Shown here: piece after piece, positions 1 through 9,030 of the stretch | How positions within the stretch are numbered: position 1 is the stretch's first letter | Layout of the letters: each line of letters starts with the position of its first letter | Source: Candidatus Tayloriibacteriota bacterium | Lineage (GTDB): Bacteria > Patescibacteriota > Minisyncoccia > Phycocordibacterales > PALSA-1337 | Length of the DNA: 64,000 nucleotides | Direction: 5' to 3' | Assembly (NCBI GenBank): GCA_028286665.1 | Contig: JAQBRD010000031.1 | Span: forward strand, 155-64,154 | The notes under the pieces: model-generated | The model's database searches: none | What the model was told of the DNA's origin: nothing | What the model saw: the letters and a program-made list of their open reading frames with translations, nothing else | Program-made: the position numbers and the translations under genes

Positions 1-1057
1 CCCTACTATCTCGATTCCTCTGCAAGACTACTACGTCAACAAGGATGACAATCTCAATCCTCGCTACGTATTCGACTCATTCGTCGTCGGTCCATTCAAC
101 GAACTCGCGCACGCAGCGTCTCAAGCGGTCGTGAAGACTCCTGGCCAGGCGTACAATCCGCTTTTCATCTACGGAAATACCGGCCACGGCAAGACGCATC
201 TCATCCAAGCGATCGGCAATCACATCAAGATTCTCCACCCGCAGAAGAAAGTCTTCTATCTGACCTCCGAACGTTTCGGCACCGAGTATTTTCAGGCGCT
301 TCAGGCGAATAAGGCTCAGCAATTCAAAGAAAAGTACCGCAAGTACGACGTGATCATCATGGACGACATCCAATTCTTCTCGAGCAAGGAAAAATTCCAG
401 GAAGAATTGTTCCATCTCTTCAATACCTTCCACGAATCGAACCGCCAGCTCGTCTTCTCGTCCGATAAGAATCCTAATTTCATCCCCGGCATCGAGGATC
501 GCCTCAAGTCGCGCTTCAGCATGGGCATGATCATCGACATTCCGACTCCTGACCACGAATCGAGGATGGCGCTTGTCCGAGCGAAGGCAGGTCATAATAA
601 CCTTATTCTGAGCGAAGAAATCACTAATTTCCTCGCGGCGAATATCGATGGTAACATCCGCGAGATCGAAGGCGTCATCAATGCGATCGTCTGCCAGACG
701 CAGCTGAAAGGGAAGGAGCTTTCGCTTAGCGAAATAAAGAATCTCGTGAAGAACAACGCGAAGCCGAAGAAATCCGTTGCCATCAAGGATGTCATCAAGC
801 TCATTTCGAATTTCTACAACATCGATGAAGAAAGCGTCTATAACAAAACCCGAAAGAAGGAGGTAGTGAAGCCTCGCCAAGTCATCATGTATATCCTCCG
901 AGAGGATTTCAATGTCTCCTTTCCATCGATCGGAGAGAAGATGGGCGGGCGAGATCATACGACCGTCATTCACTCATGCGAAAAAGTGAAGGAGGATGTG
1001 AAGATGAATCCGATTCTTGCGGAAGAGATCGCGCAGATTCGGGCGATGCTCGCATAG
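1..1057 (+). CDS. dnaA: Chromosomal replication initiator DnaA (5' end outside window)
   Basis: Frame open from base 2 (LNPRYVFDSFVVGPFNELAHAA); Walker A GNTGHGKTHL; DDIQF; C-terminal GGRDHTTVIHS domain IV. Confidence 0.98.
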   Translation, partial: PTISIPLQDYYVNKDDNLNPRYVFDSFVVGPFNELAHAASQAVVKTPGQAYNPLFIYGNTGHGKTHLIQAIGNHIKILHPQKKVFYLTSERFGTEYFQALQANKAQQFKEKYRKYDVIIMDDIQFFSSKEKFQEELFHLFNTFHESNRQLVFSSDKNPNFIPGIEDRLKSRFSMGMIIDIPTPDHESRMALVRAKAGHNNLILSEEITNFLAANIDGNIREIEGVINAIVCQTQLKGKELSLSEIKNLVKNNAKPKKSVAIKDVIKLISNFYNIDEESVYNKTRKKEVVKPRQVIMYILREDFNVSFPSIGEKMGGRDHTTVIHSCEKVKEDVKMNPILAEEIAQIRAMLA

Positions 1058-1334
1058 TTCTTTTAATTATTTTTTAATGGGGATAGGCTGTGGGTAAGCC
1101 TGTGGGAAACATAAGAATAAACCTGTGGATAGCTGTCGGATGAAATGTGGGTAATTTCTGGTAGAGTGAGTTCAATGAGAAGCTGTCAGAAGTTGTAATA
1201 ATTTGTCCACACATACGGAATAGGTTTTTATGGCCATGAATATAGATATGCCAGGCTTATCACCATATCCACAGGACTAATAATAATAATAAGTATTTAT
1301 ATATAGTATTAATTAATAATAAGGAACAACTATT
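1058..1334. promoter_or_regulatory. Replication origin oriC (DnaA boxes, DnaA-trio/AT-rich unwinding element)
   Basis: dnaA-dnaN intergenic; DnaA-box-like 9-mers TGTGGGTAA 1089 and 1146, TGTGGGAAA 1101, TGTGGATAG 1124, TTGTCCACA 1203, ATATCCACA 1265; then (TAA)n at ~1278-1292 and an AT-rich tract. Confidence 0.88.
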
Positions 1335-2438
1335 ATGAAGATAGAATGCGTTCAGGAAAAATTAGCCGGAGCAGTGTCGATCGCCGAACGAGTTGCGGGA
1401 AAGCATGTGACCCTTCCGGTCCTCTCATGCTTGCTTCTCGATGCGCAGAAAAATCAGCTGACGATCCGAGCGACCAATCTCGATCTCGGTCTTGAGATCA
1501 TTGTTCCTGCGAAAACCGATGAAGAGGGAATCGTGGCCGTTCCCGCGAATATTCTTTCCTCATTCATTTCAGGCGCATCTCAAGGCGACAAGGGCGTCAA
1601 GATTTTCACCAAGGACGCGAATATCGTCGTCGAAGCATCTCATAGCCGCGGAACCATCAAAACGATGCCTGTGGATGATTTTCCGAGCATCCCGAGGGTA
1701 TCTGATGGAACATCCTTCACGGTCAATGGCGCCGATTTCGTGAAAGGCCTCAAATCAGTCTGGTACAGCGCATCTATTTCGGGCATCAAGCCGGAACTTT
1801 CGAGCGTATATATTTATTCTGACGATGGAACAGTGGTTTTCGCGGCAACTGACTCTTTCCGCCTCGCGGAAAAGCGCATCCGTCTCAAGAAAAGCGCTGA
1901 TTTCACGCAGATCCTCATTCCATTCAAGAACATTCCTGAAATCATCCGCGTATTCGACCAGGTAAATGACGATATTTCCGTTACGCTCAGCAAGAATCAG
2001 ATCTCTTTCGACTATAAAGGCCTGTACCTCGTCTCCCGAGTGATCGACGGCGTATTTCCTGATTATAAGCAGATCATCCCGAAGCAGAGCACGACTGAAG
2101 TCGTCGTCCTCAAGCAGGATCTCATCGACGGCTTGAAGGTCTCGCATATCTTTTCGGACAAATTCAATCAGATAACCATGGTCGTCGATCCGAAGACGAA
2201 GGAATTCAGCCTGAAGACGAAGAACGCCGATGTCGGAGAGAATACGCATAATCTCGAGGCGACCATCGAAGGCGATGCGATCACGATCAATTTCAACTAC
2301 AAGTACATAACTGACTGCTTCCAATCGATCGACTCCGACAGCATCACGCTCCTCTTCAATGGCCTCAATCGCCCGATGGTGATGCATCCTGCGACAGACA
2401 AGTCGTTCACCTACCTTGTGATGCCGATGAATCGCTAA
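1335..2438 (+). CDS. dnaN: DNA polymerase III beta clamp
   Basis: ATNLDLG, ATDSFRLAE, GVFPDYKQII, YLVMPM motifs; position after dnaA. Confidence 0.98.
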   Translation: MKIECVQEKLAGAVSIAERVAGKHVTLPVLSCLLLDAQKNQLTIRATNLDLGLEIIVPAKTDEEGIVAVPANILSSFISGASQGDKGVKIFTKDANIVVEASHSRGTIKTMPVDDFPSIPRVSDGTSFTVNGADFVKGLKSVWYSASISGIKPELSSVYIYSDDGTVVFAATDSFRLAEKRIRLKKSADFTQILIPFKNIPEIIRVFDQVNDDISVTLSKNQISFDYKGLYLVSRVIDGVFPDYKQIIPKQSTTEVVVLKQDLIDGLKVSHIFSDKFNQITMVVDPKTKEFSLKTKNADVGENTHNLEATIEGDAITINFNYKYITDCFQSIDSDSITLLFNGLNRPMVMHPATDKSFTYLVMPMNR

Positions 2439-2452
2439 TCGCTGCAAAACAC

Positions 2453-2710
2453 ATGTTCAATATCGGCGGCTTCTTCCAAAAATTCAAAAGCCTCGAGCTC
2501 GAGGATTTCCGAAAGCGCTCGATAGTCATCGATGCGATAAAGAAGCGCACCAATATCGATCTCCGGCCGCAAGACATCAAATTCGAGCAGGGAAGAGTCC
2601 GCCTTTCGATAAGCTCGCTCGAAAAGAATGAGATTTTCATGAAAAAGGCCGCGCTTGTCGCTGATATTCAGGCGCTGCTCGATAAGCCGAAGATAAGCGA
2701 TATTGTTTAG
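2453..2710 (+). CDS. Small conserved protein, possibly DciA/DUF721-like
   Basis: 85 aa directly after dnaN; helix-strand-strand-helix pattern reminiscent of the DciA KH-like domain. Confidence 0.5.
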   Translation: MFNIGGFFQKFKSLELEDFRKRSIVIDAIKKRTNIDLRPQDIKFEQGRVRLSISSLEKNEIFMKKAALVADIQALLDKPKISDIV

Positions 2711-2713
2711 CTC

Positions 2714-3541
2714 ATGCATGTCGTGAAAAAAAGCAGGAAAGAAGTCTGCATCGCGATAGCGCTCGCGACAATCGTCGTTGTCTCTATCGCTATTTCTTCC
2801 GGTGAGATTTTTGCTATGAGGCGCGCAGTCTCATCAGTCCCACTTTCTATTTCGAGCGCCTCAGTCATCGTCCCTATCATCGCATATCACCATGTTCGCC
2901 CGTATCAGAAAGGCGAATCGATATATGAAGAGGCATACGACATAACGCCGGAACTTCTCGCGCGAGAGCTCGACTATCTCCGCGCAAATAGCTACAAGAC
3001 GATCACATTCGATGCGCTTGCAGATGCTCTGGAAAAAGGAACACCGCTTCCGCCGAAGCCGATCATCCTTTCTTTCGATGATGGGAATAAGGATCAATTC
3101 GAATACGCACTTCCTATCCTTCAGGAGCATGGAGCTGCAGCTACTTTTTTCATCTATACCGTCGTAATCGGAAAACCGAAATATCTTTCATGGGACGATA
3201 TCCATGCTCTGGAAAAATCAGGAATGGAAATCGGCGCCCATGCGAAGACTCACCCGTATATCGTGAAGATCGTCGATCCGAAAGTGATGCGCGATGAGAT
3301 CGAAGGGGGCAAGAAGATCCTCGAGGATCACCTCGGGCATCCTGTCAGGACTTTTGCATATCCTTTCGGCCATTCTTCTCCGCTTGGCATCGAGATCGTG
3401 AAGGAAGCCGGCTTCCGCACGGCTCGTACGCTCTATACAGGGAATATTCAAGAGAAAGACAATCCACTCGAGCTCCGAGCGTATCTCGCTACCGATAATT
3501 GGGACGATTTCCTCTCCGCGATCAGTATCGCGGCTATTTGA
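2714..3541 (+). CDS. Polysaccharide deacetylase (CE4/NodB), membrane anchored
   Basis: PIIAYHHV, ILSFDDG, EIGAHAKTHP, FAYPFG motifs; N-terminal TM. Confidence 0.93.
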   Translation: MHVVKKSRKEVCIAIALATIVVVSIAISSGEIFAMRRAVSSVPLSISSASVIVPIIAYHHVRPYQKGESIYEEAYDITPELLARELDYLRANSYKTITFDALADALEKGTPLPPKPIILSFDDGNKDQFEYALPILQEHGAAATFFIYTVVIGKPKYLSWDDIHALEKSGMEIGAHAKTHPYIVKIVDPKVMRDEIEGGKKILEDHLGHPVRTFAYPFGHSSPLGIEIVKEAGFRTARTLYTGNIQEKDNPLELRAYLATDNWDDFLSAISIAAI

Positions 3542-6128
3542 CCACTGAGAATTCCACGGAAGCCTCTCCTCGATTGAGCGCTTCATCGTAGACGACGATC
3601 TTGAGCGTGTTCTTGTCCTGGAGATTATTCAGATCTGATGGCGTGAAGCCGATGGCGAATGGCGCCTGGGAATTCGAGACGATATAGCGGCCGTTCACGT
3701 AGAGCTCGACTTTCTTCGTCTTGAATTTGCTGTCGGAGAGGAAGTTTATTTCCATGCGGGATTTCGAATCGAGGAATGCGCCGTTCTGGGGAGAAACGAT
3801 GCTCACCTTCGGCGCATTGAGCTGCGTATGGATATCGTCTGTTTCCTTCGGAACGTCATACGACGTCACTTCCTTGAAATCAGGATGCGACTTCGCCCAG
3901 TCGTCGTACCATGCGCGTACGCCATGTTCCCAGTTTTCGAATTGCGGATCATTTTCAGGATGTTCCGGTTTCGGACCAGTCGGGTCATTTTTATCGAGCC
4001 AATAAAGTATCGTATGGACATTGTTGAAGACGATCTCCTGCTTGAGTTCCGGAGGTGTGAATTCGGTCGCAAGCTTTCCGGATACGCTGTCTCTGAAATA
4101 TGAGACGCCTCCTTTCCAGATGCCATGGAGGACCGGCTTCGAATCCGTCGGCGACGGCTCAGGAGATTTGAAGCGATCGTTTTCAGGAAGGGAATCCATG
4201 ACTTCGCTCATGAAGCCCGCCCAGACTGGCGCGATGACGAGGCCTGCGACCTTCTTCTGCATCGGCGTGTTGTTGTTCTTTCCTGCCCAAGCTCCGACGA
4301 CGAGGCTTGGCGTATAGCCTTCGACCCAGACGTCTCGATAGTCATTCGTCGTACCGGTCTTGATCGCGACTTGCCGGCCCCATGGATTCACGAGGTCATT
4401 GAGGCTTTCGAGGCGGACTTTCGGATCGGAAAGGATATCGGAAATCTGCCGAGCTGATTGCGCGGTGATGACCTGATTCGGCGAAGTCTTCGCTTCCTCG
4501 AGGATCTTTCCGTTGGCATCCTCGACCTTCAATACGCTTCGGTACGGGTTGCGCATGCCATCGTCTGCGAATACTCCGTATGCGCTCGTGAGTTCGAGGA
4601 GGGATACTTCACCGCCTCCGAGGACGAGCGTCAGGCCGTATCGATTCGGATCGGTAAGGCTGGTGATGCCCATGTTCTCAGCTGTCTGGATCGAATCCTT
4701 GATGCCGGTAAGATAGAGGGCTTTCACCGCAGGAATGTTTCGAGATTGGGCGAGCGCGGTTCGGATCGTTATCGGACCCTCATAGATGCCGTCGTAGTTT
4801 TCGGGGGAGTAGCAGATGGAAGAGCTCGCGCCCGTGTTCTTGGCTTTGCCGTCAAAGGTGCATTGCGCAGCGAATTCAGTCGGAGCATCGAAGAGGATCG
4901 TGTCGGGCGTGTATCCCTTCATGAATGCTGTCGCATATACGAACGGCTTGAATGTCGATCCTGGCTGTCGGGCAGCGGTCGCGATGTTGAAGTTCCCGTC
5001 TATCTTCTTGTCATAATAATCTCTCGAACCGACCATGGTGAGGATGTCGCCTGTCTTCGGGTCGATGGCAACCATCGCGGTATTGCTTGCTCCGAAGGAA
5101 GTTTCGAGCGTCGGAGCGAAATGCGAAATGATCTTTTCGGCCTTCTGCTGCATATCGAAATTGAGCGTCGTCGTGACTTTGAGTCCGCCGCGGAGAACCG
5201 CGTCCTCTCCGTATTTGTCGATAAGGGCATCGCGGACCATGAGGACGAAATGGGGAGCGCGGATATTCGACGTGTTCTTTTCAAGGAATACGACTTTTTC
5301 TTTCAGCGCAGCAGCATGTTCTTCTTTCGTGATGACGCCGGCTTCTTCCATTTTCAAGAGGACGAGCTTCTGCCGATTATCAAGCGCAGCTTTGTTCTTT
5401 CCGTATGGGGAATAGTATGTCGGAGCCTGGGGAATGGCGGCCAGATAGGCGGCTTCCGCAAGCGTCACGTCCTTCGCTGATTTTCCGAAGAATGTCTTGC
5501 TTGCTTCCTGGATGCCGTAGATATTTCCTCCGTAGGGCGATTCGTTGAGATAGGTCGAAAGTATCTGGTCCTTGGTGAGCACACGCTCGATCTTGATCGC
5601 GAGCACCCATTCCTTGAGCTTTCGGGTGATCGTCTGATCCTGCGTGAGGACTGAGTTCTTGATGACCTGCTGGGTGATCGTCGATCCTCCCTGCTTGATT
5701 CCGCCAGGAGTGAGATCGGCGATGATGGCGCGGAGGATAGCCGTCGGCTTGATGCCGAAATGCTGATAGAATTCGGTATCTTCAATAGCGACGGATGCCT
5801 TCTTTATGAGCGGCGAGATGTCTTCGAAAGCTACCGCGGTCCTTTTGGTATCCTGATGCACGTCATAGAGGAGGATCGTTCCTGTCCGATCGTAGATCTT
5901 CGTCGATTGGTCTACTTTTCGAGCTTCGAAGGTGCTCAGGTCCGGCAGCTGAAGGGTAGAGATCCACAGTATGGCGATTCCGGAAAAAAGAAGCACGAGG
6001 GAGACTCCGAGCGTTACGATCGCGTGGGCGACCTTCTTCCTGGTCGAAAGGAATTTCGGGCGATGAAAATGAGGCCGGCGATGATGCTTCGCCCCTTCAG
6101 GGGCATGTTTTGAGTGGGTACGGTTCAT
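3534..6128 (-). CDS. Class A penicillin-binding protein (transglycosylase/transpeptidase) with C-terminal Ig-like domain
   Basis: EDTEFYQH, GGSTITQQ, RKLKE, RQPGSTFKPF (SxxK), SRN, KTGT. Confidence 0.96.
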   Translation of the reverse strand: MNRTHSKHAPEGAKHHRRPHFHRPKFLSTRKKVAHAIVTLGVSLVLLFSGIAILWISTLQLPDLSTFEARKVDQSTKIYDRTGTILLYDVHQDTKRTAVAFEDISPLIKKASVAIEDTEFYQHFGIKPTAILRAIIADLTPGGIKQGGSTITQQVIKNSVLTQDQTITRKLKEWVLAIKIERVLTKDQILSTYLNESPYGGNIYGIQEASKTFFGKSAKDVTLAEAAYLAAIPQAPTYYSPYGKNKAALDNRQKLVLLKMEEAGVITKEEHAAALKEKVVFLEKNTSNIRAPHFVLMVRDALIDKYGEDAVLRGGLKVTTTLNFDMQQKAEKIISHFAPTLETSFGASNTAMVAIDPKTGDILTMVGSRDYYDKKIDGNFNIATAARQPGSTFKPFVYATAFMKGYTPDTILFDAPTEFAAQCTFDGKAKNTGASSSICYSPENYDGIYEGPITIRTALAQSRNIPAVKALYLTGIKDSIQTAENMGITSLTDPNRYGLTLVLGGGEVSLLELTSAYGVFADDGMRNPYRSVLKVEDANGKILEEAKTSPNQVITAQSARQISDILSDPKVRLESLNDLVNPWGRQVAIKTGTTNDYRDVWVEGYTPSLVVGAWAGKNNNTPMQKKVAGLVIAPVWAGFMSEVMDSLPENDRFKSPEPSPTDSKPVLHGIWKGGVSYFRDSVSGKLATEFTPPELKQEIVFNNVHTILYWLDKNDPTGPKPEHPENDPQFENWEHGVRAWYDDWAKSHPDFKEVTSYDVPKETDDIHTQLNAPKVSIVSPQNGAFLDSKSRMEINFLSDSKFKTKKVELYVNGRYIVSNSQAPFAIGFTPSDLNNLQDKNTLKIVVYDEALNRGEASVEFSVVK

Positions 6129-6197
6129 GATGGCAAATTGTACCATATGTGATAGATTATGTTCATGTTTTTATTTCCAAAAAAGGGCGCTTCAGCT

Positions 6198-7412
6198 ATG
6201 AAAAATAAGGGCGTTATCACGGATGCCGCGCGGATAGATGCTTTTCTGACACGCGGAGTCGAGAATATCTTCCCGAAGGCGGATTTCGTGCGGGCAAAGA
6301 TGCTCCGCGGCGAGCAGTTGACGATGTATTACGGCATCGATCCGACTGGACCGAATATTCATCTGGGGCACCTGATTCCTATTCGCAAGCTCGCTGAATT
6401 CCAGCAGCTCGGCCATAAGATCTATTTCCTCATCGGCGATTTCACTGCGACCATCGGTGATCCGGACAAAGCGTCTACGCGCAAGGTCCTTACCCGAAAA
6501 CAAGTTCTCGACAATTGCCGCCATTATCAGGATCAAGCTTCGAAATTCATCTCGTTCTCAGGTCCGAACAGGGCGGAACTCAAATACAATTCGACTTGGC
6601 TCGGCAAATTGGGCTTTGCCGAGGTGCTCGAACTCGCTTCGAAAATGACCGTCCAGCAGATGCTCAAGCGAGACATGTTCGAACTTCGCATGAAAGAAGG
6701 CTCCCCGATTCATATCCATGAATTCATGTATCCGCTCATGCAGGGCTATGACAGCGTCGCAATGGACGTCGATGGAGAGATCGGCGGCAATGACCAGACT
6801 TGGAATATGCTCGCGGGGCGAGATCTCCTGAAATCCATGAAGAATAAGGATAAATTCGTGATCGCTATGAAACTCCTCACGGACCCTTCCGGAAAGAAGA
6901 TGGGCAAGACCGAGAATAACGCCGTCAGTCTCGATCAGACCCCTGAAGAAATGTTCGGCCGAATCATGTCCTGGTCCGATAGCCTCATTCTTCCGAGCTT
7001 CGAGATCTGCACCGATATGCCGATGGAAGAGATCGAATCGATCAGGAAATCTCTCGAGTCCGGAACGAACCCTCGCGACGCGAAAGTCCGCCTTGCAAAA
7101 GCAGTTGTGACGATGTGCCACGATGCTGCAGCCGCAGAGCAGGCATTTCAGAAATTCGAGCAGACTTTCAAGAAAGGCGAAATGCCTGCTGATGCAGCCG
7201 AAGCTTCCGTCGCAGCCGGAACAAAGCTCGCCGACATCCTCGTCTCCGAGAAGATCGTCGCCTCGAAAGGCGAATTCCGACGCCTCATCGAAGGGAAGGG
7301 CGTCAGCGAATTCGGTTCTGACGAGCCGATCTCCGATCCTGATTTCAAAGTCGACAAGGGCATCTCTCTCCGCATTGGCAAGAAGCGCTTCGTCAAGATT
7401 TCGATCAAATAA
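6198..7412 (+). CDS. tyrS: Tyrosyl-tRNA synthetase
   Basis: YYGIDPTG, HLGH, YPLMQGYD, GGNDQ, KMGKT; C-terminal S4-like domain; alternative start 6159. Confidence 0.97.
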   Translation: MKNKGVITDAARIDAFLTRGVENIFPKADFVRAKMLRGEQLTMYYGIDPTGPNIHLGHLIPIRKLAEFQQLGHKIYFLIGDFTATIGDPDKASTRKVLTRKQVLDNCRHYQDQASKFISFSGPNRAELKYNSTWLGKLGFAEVLELASKMTVQQMLKRDMFELRMKEGSPIHIHEFMYPLMQGYDSVAMDVDGEIGGNDQTWNMLAGRDLLKSMKNKDKFVIAMKLLTDPSGKKMGKTENNAVSLDQTPEEMFGRIMSWSDSLILPSFEICTDMPMEEIESIRKSLESGTNPRDAKVRLAKAVVTMCHDAAAAEQAFQKFEQTFKKGEMPADAAEASVAAGTKLADILVSEKIVASKGEFRRLIEGKGVSEFGSDEPISDPDFKVDKGISLRIGKKRFVKISIK

Positions 7413-7446
7413 TAGAAAAAGCCCAGATCTCGGGGCTTTTTCTATT
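7411..7446. terminator. Bidirectional intrinsic terminator
   Basis: AATAGAAAAAGCCC-loop-GGGCTTTTTCTATT between convergent genes. Confidence 0.8.
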
Positions 7447-7463
7447 TCATGAACTCGTACTGA

Positions 7464-7709
7464 TTATTGTTCCCATTTGTCTCCGAAAGGGTCGACCTCC
7501 TCTACATCGAGAACAGCAGCCTCCTCATCCTCCTCCTCATCTTCAAGCGATACTTCCTCTTCAGCTTCAAGAAGATCAGGATCGATAGCCTTCTCATCCG
7601 CTTCGGGAATATCGATCGGTCCATCTTTGGGCTTCAGGATCTCTATTTCGTCTTCGTCCTGCAGAGGAGCGATGACCGGCTTCTGTTTTTCATTCTTTGC
7701 TCGTGGCAT
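7464..7709 (-). CDS. Small highly acidic hypothetical protein
   Basis: 81 aa, D/E-rich, ends DPFGDKWEQ; own intergenic space and terminator. Confidence 0.75.
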   Translation of the reverse strand: MPRAKNEKQKPVIAPLQDEDEIEILKPKDGPIDIPEADEKAIDPDLLEAEEEVSLEDEEEDEEAAVLDVEEVDPFGDKWEQ

Positions 7710-7824
7710 ATGCTGTTTCTGATTTCTTTAAAAATTTTATTTCATAGTTGTAACAAAACCCCACCCTTTTTGCAAATATCCCGATATGTGGACAACTCTG
7801 CGTCCAGCCGAAAAAGCCCCTGCG

Positions 7825-8352
7825 CTACTTTTTTCGGTTGAATTCGTGCGCGATGCAGGTGAGCGCGACCGCGATCGCGTCATACTCGTCGTCGAGTTTC
7901 GCAGTTTTTTTCCCCGGTTTCGACCCCGGTTTCACATCGGTAGCTTCGTCGAGTTTCACAAGCAGCGGAATCATCTTGATCACCTGCGATTTGTCGCTTG
8001 CGCCATGGCCGGTGACCGCGATCTTGATCTGACCCGGCGTATATTCGTAGAGGGAAAGGCCTCGTTTCACTGATTCATATGCGATGACGCCGCGCGTTTC
8101 AGCCACATGCATGGCCGTTTTCTGGTTCTTCGTGATGAAGAGTGATTCGATGCCGAGGCATTCGGGCTTATAGAGTTCGAGCACTCGCGCGATCTCATTT
8201 CCGACTGCGACGAGTCGCGCATAGAAGTCGTCTTTCGCAGAAGTCGTGAAGCATGCGGAATACAAGACGATCTCTTTCGATCGGGAATCGCTTTTTTCGA
8301 CGACCGCGATGCCGAGCCGGTCATATCCTGGATCGATGCCGAGTACTTTCAT
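7825..8352 (-). CDS. ruvC: Holliday junction endonuclease RuvC
   Basis: MKVLGIDPG, IESLF, YTPGQIK, DDEYDAIAVA. Confidence 0.96.
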   Translation of the reverse strand: MKVLGIDPGYDRLGIAVVEKSDSRSKEIVLYSACFTTSAKDDFYARLVAVGNEIARVLELYKPECLGIESLFITKNQKTAMHVAETRGVIAYESVKRGLSLYEYTPGQIKIAVTGHGASDKSQVIKMIPLLVKLDEATDVKPGSKPGKKTAKLDDEYDAIAVALTCIAHEFNRKK

Positions 8353-8380
8353 AGTTATTCGCGCCAAGCGTGAATGAGGA

Positions 8381-8911
8381 TTATTCAGCATTAGTGAACA
8401 CTCCCTGCACCTCGTCATTCTCTTCAAGCGCTTCGACGAGCTTCTCAAGCAATTCGATGTCTGCGTCTTCGAGCGGTGTAGTCGATGTCGCGACCCATCC
8501 CTCGTGATTCTTCGTGAATGCCCACGCTGCGCTGCCTTGAGCTGCAAGCTCTGAGCCGTGCATCGAGAGGATGTGCTTCACTTCCTGAGCAGCCTTGTTG
8601 CGATTGTCAGTGAGCGCTTCGATGATGATCGCCACGCCGCCTGGTCCGTAGGTTTCATAGGTGACATCCTCCATTTCGGCGCTGTTGTCCGCGGTGGCTT
8701 TCTTGACTGCGCGATCGATGGTGTCGTTCGGCACATTTTCCTTCTTTGCTTTCTCGATGGCGTTCATGAGGCCCGGAGATCGAAGGTTTCCCTTGGCTTT
8801 CTTTGCCTCAGCTGAAATGAGCTTCACCATCTTGGTAAATATCTTGCTCTTCTGAGCGTCCGTCTTCGCTTTCTGATGCTTGATCTTCGAATATTTATTA
8901 TGTCCTGACAT
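8381..8911 (-). CDS. yebC: YebC/PmpR family protein (short form)
   Basis: MSGHNKYSKIKHQK, YETYGPGG, TDNRNK, EENDEVQGVFTN; adjacent to ruvC. Confidence 0.95.
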   Translation of the reverse strand: MSGHNKYSKIKHQKAKTDAQKSKIFTKMVKLISAEAKKAKGNLRSPGLMNAIEKAKKENVPNDTIDRAVKKATADNSAEMEDVTYETYGPGGVAIIIEALTDNRNKAAQEVKHILSMHGSELAAQGSAAWAFTKNHEGWVATSTTPLEDADIELLEKLVEALEENDEVQGVFTNAE

Positions 8912-8976
8912 GTGGATGTTGTTATCGCGATGCGTATGTATGGCTGATATTCACATACTATCACTCTATTGGAAAT

Positions 8977-9009
8977 AAAAAAGGGCGGCCTTTTGACGGG
9001 CCGCACTTT
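8977..9009 (-). terminator. Intrinsic terminator of the CAP-domain gene
   Basis: GCGGCC...GGCCGC stem with T-tract on the minus strand. Confidence 0.6.
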
Positions 9010-9030
9010 GTGAAATCGTGAGGAAAATCC

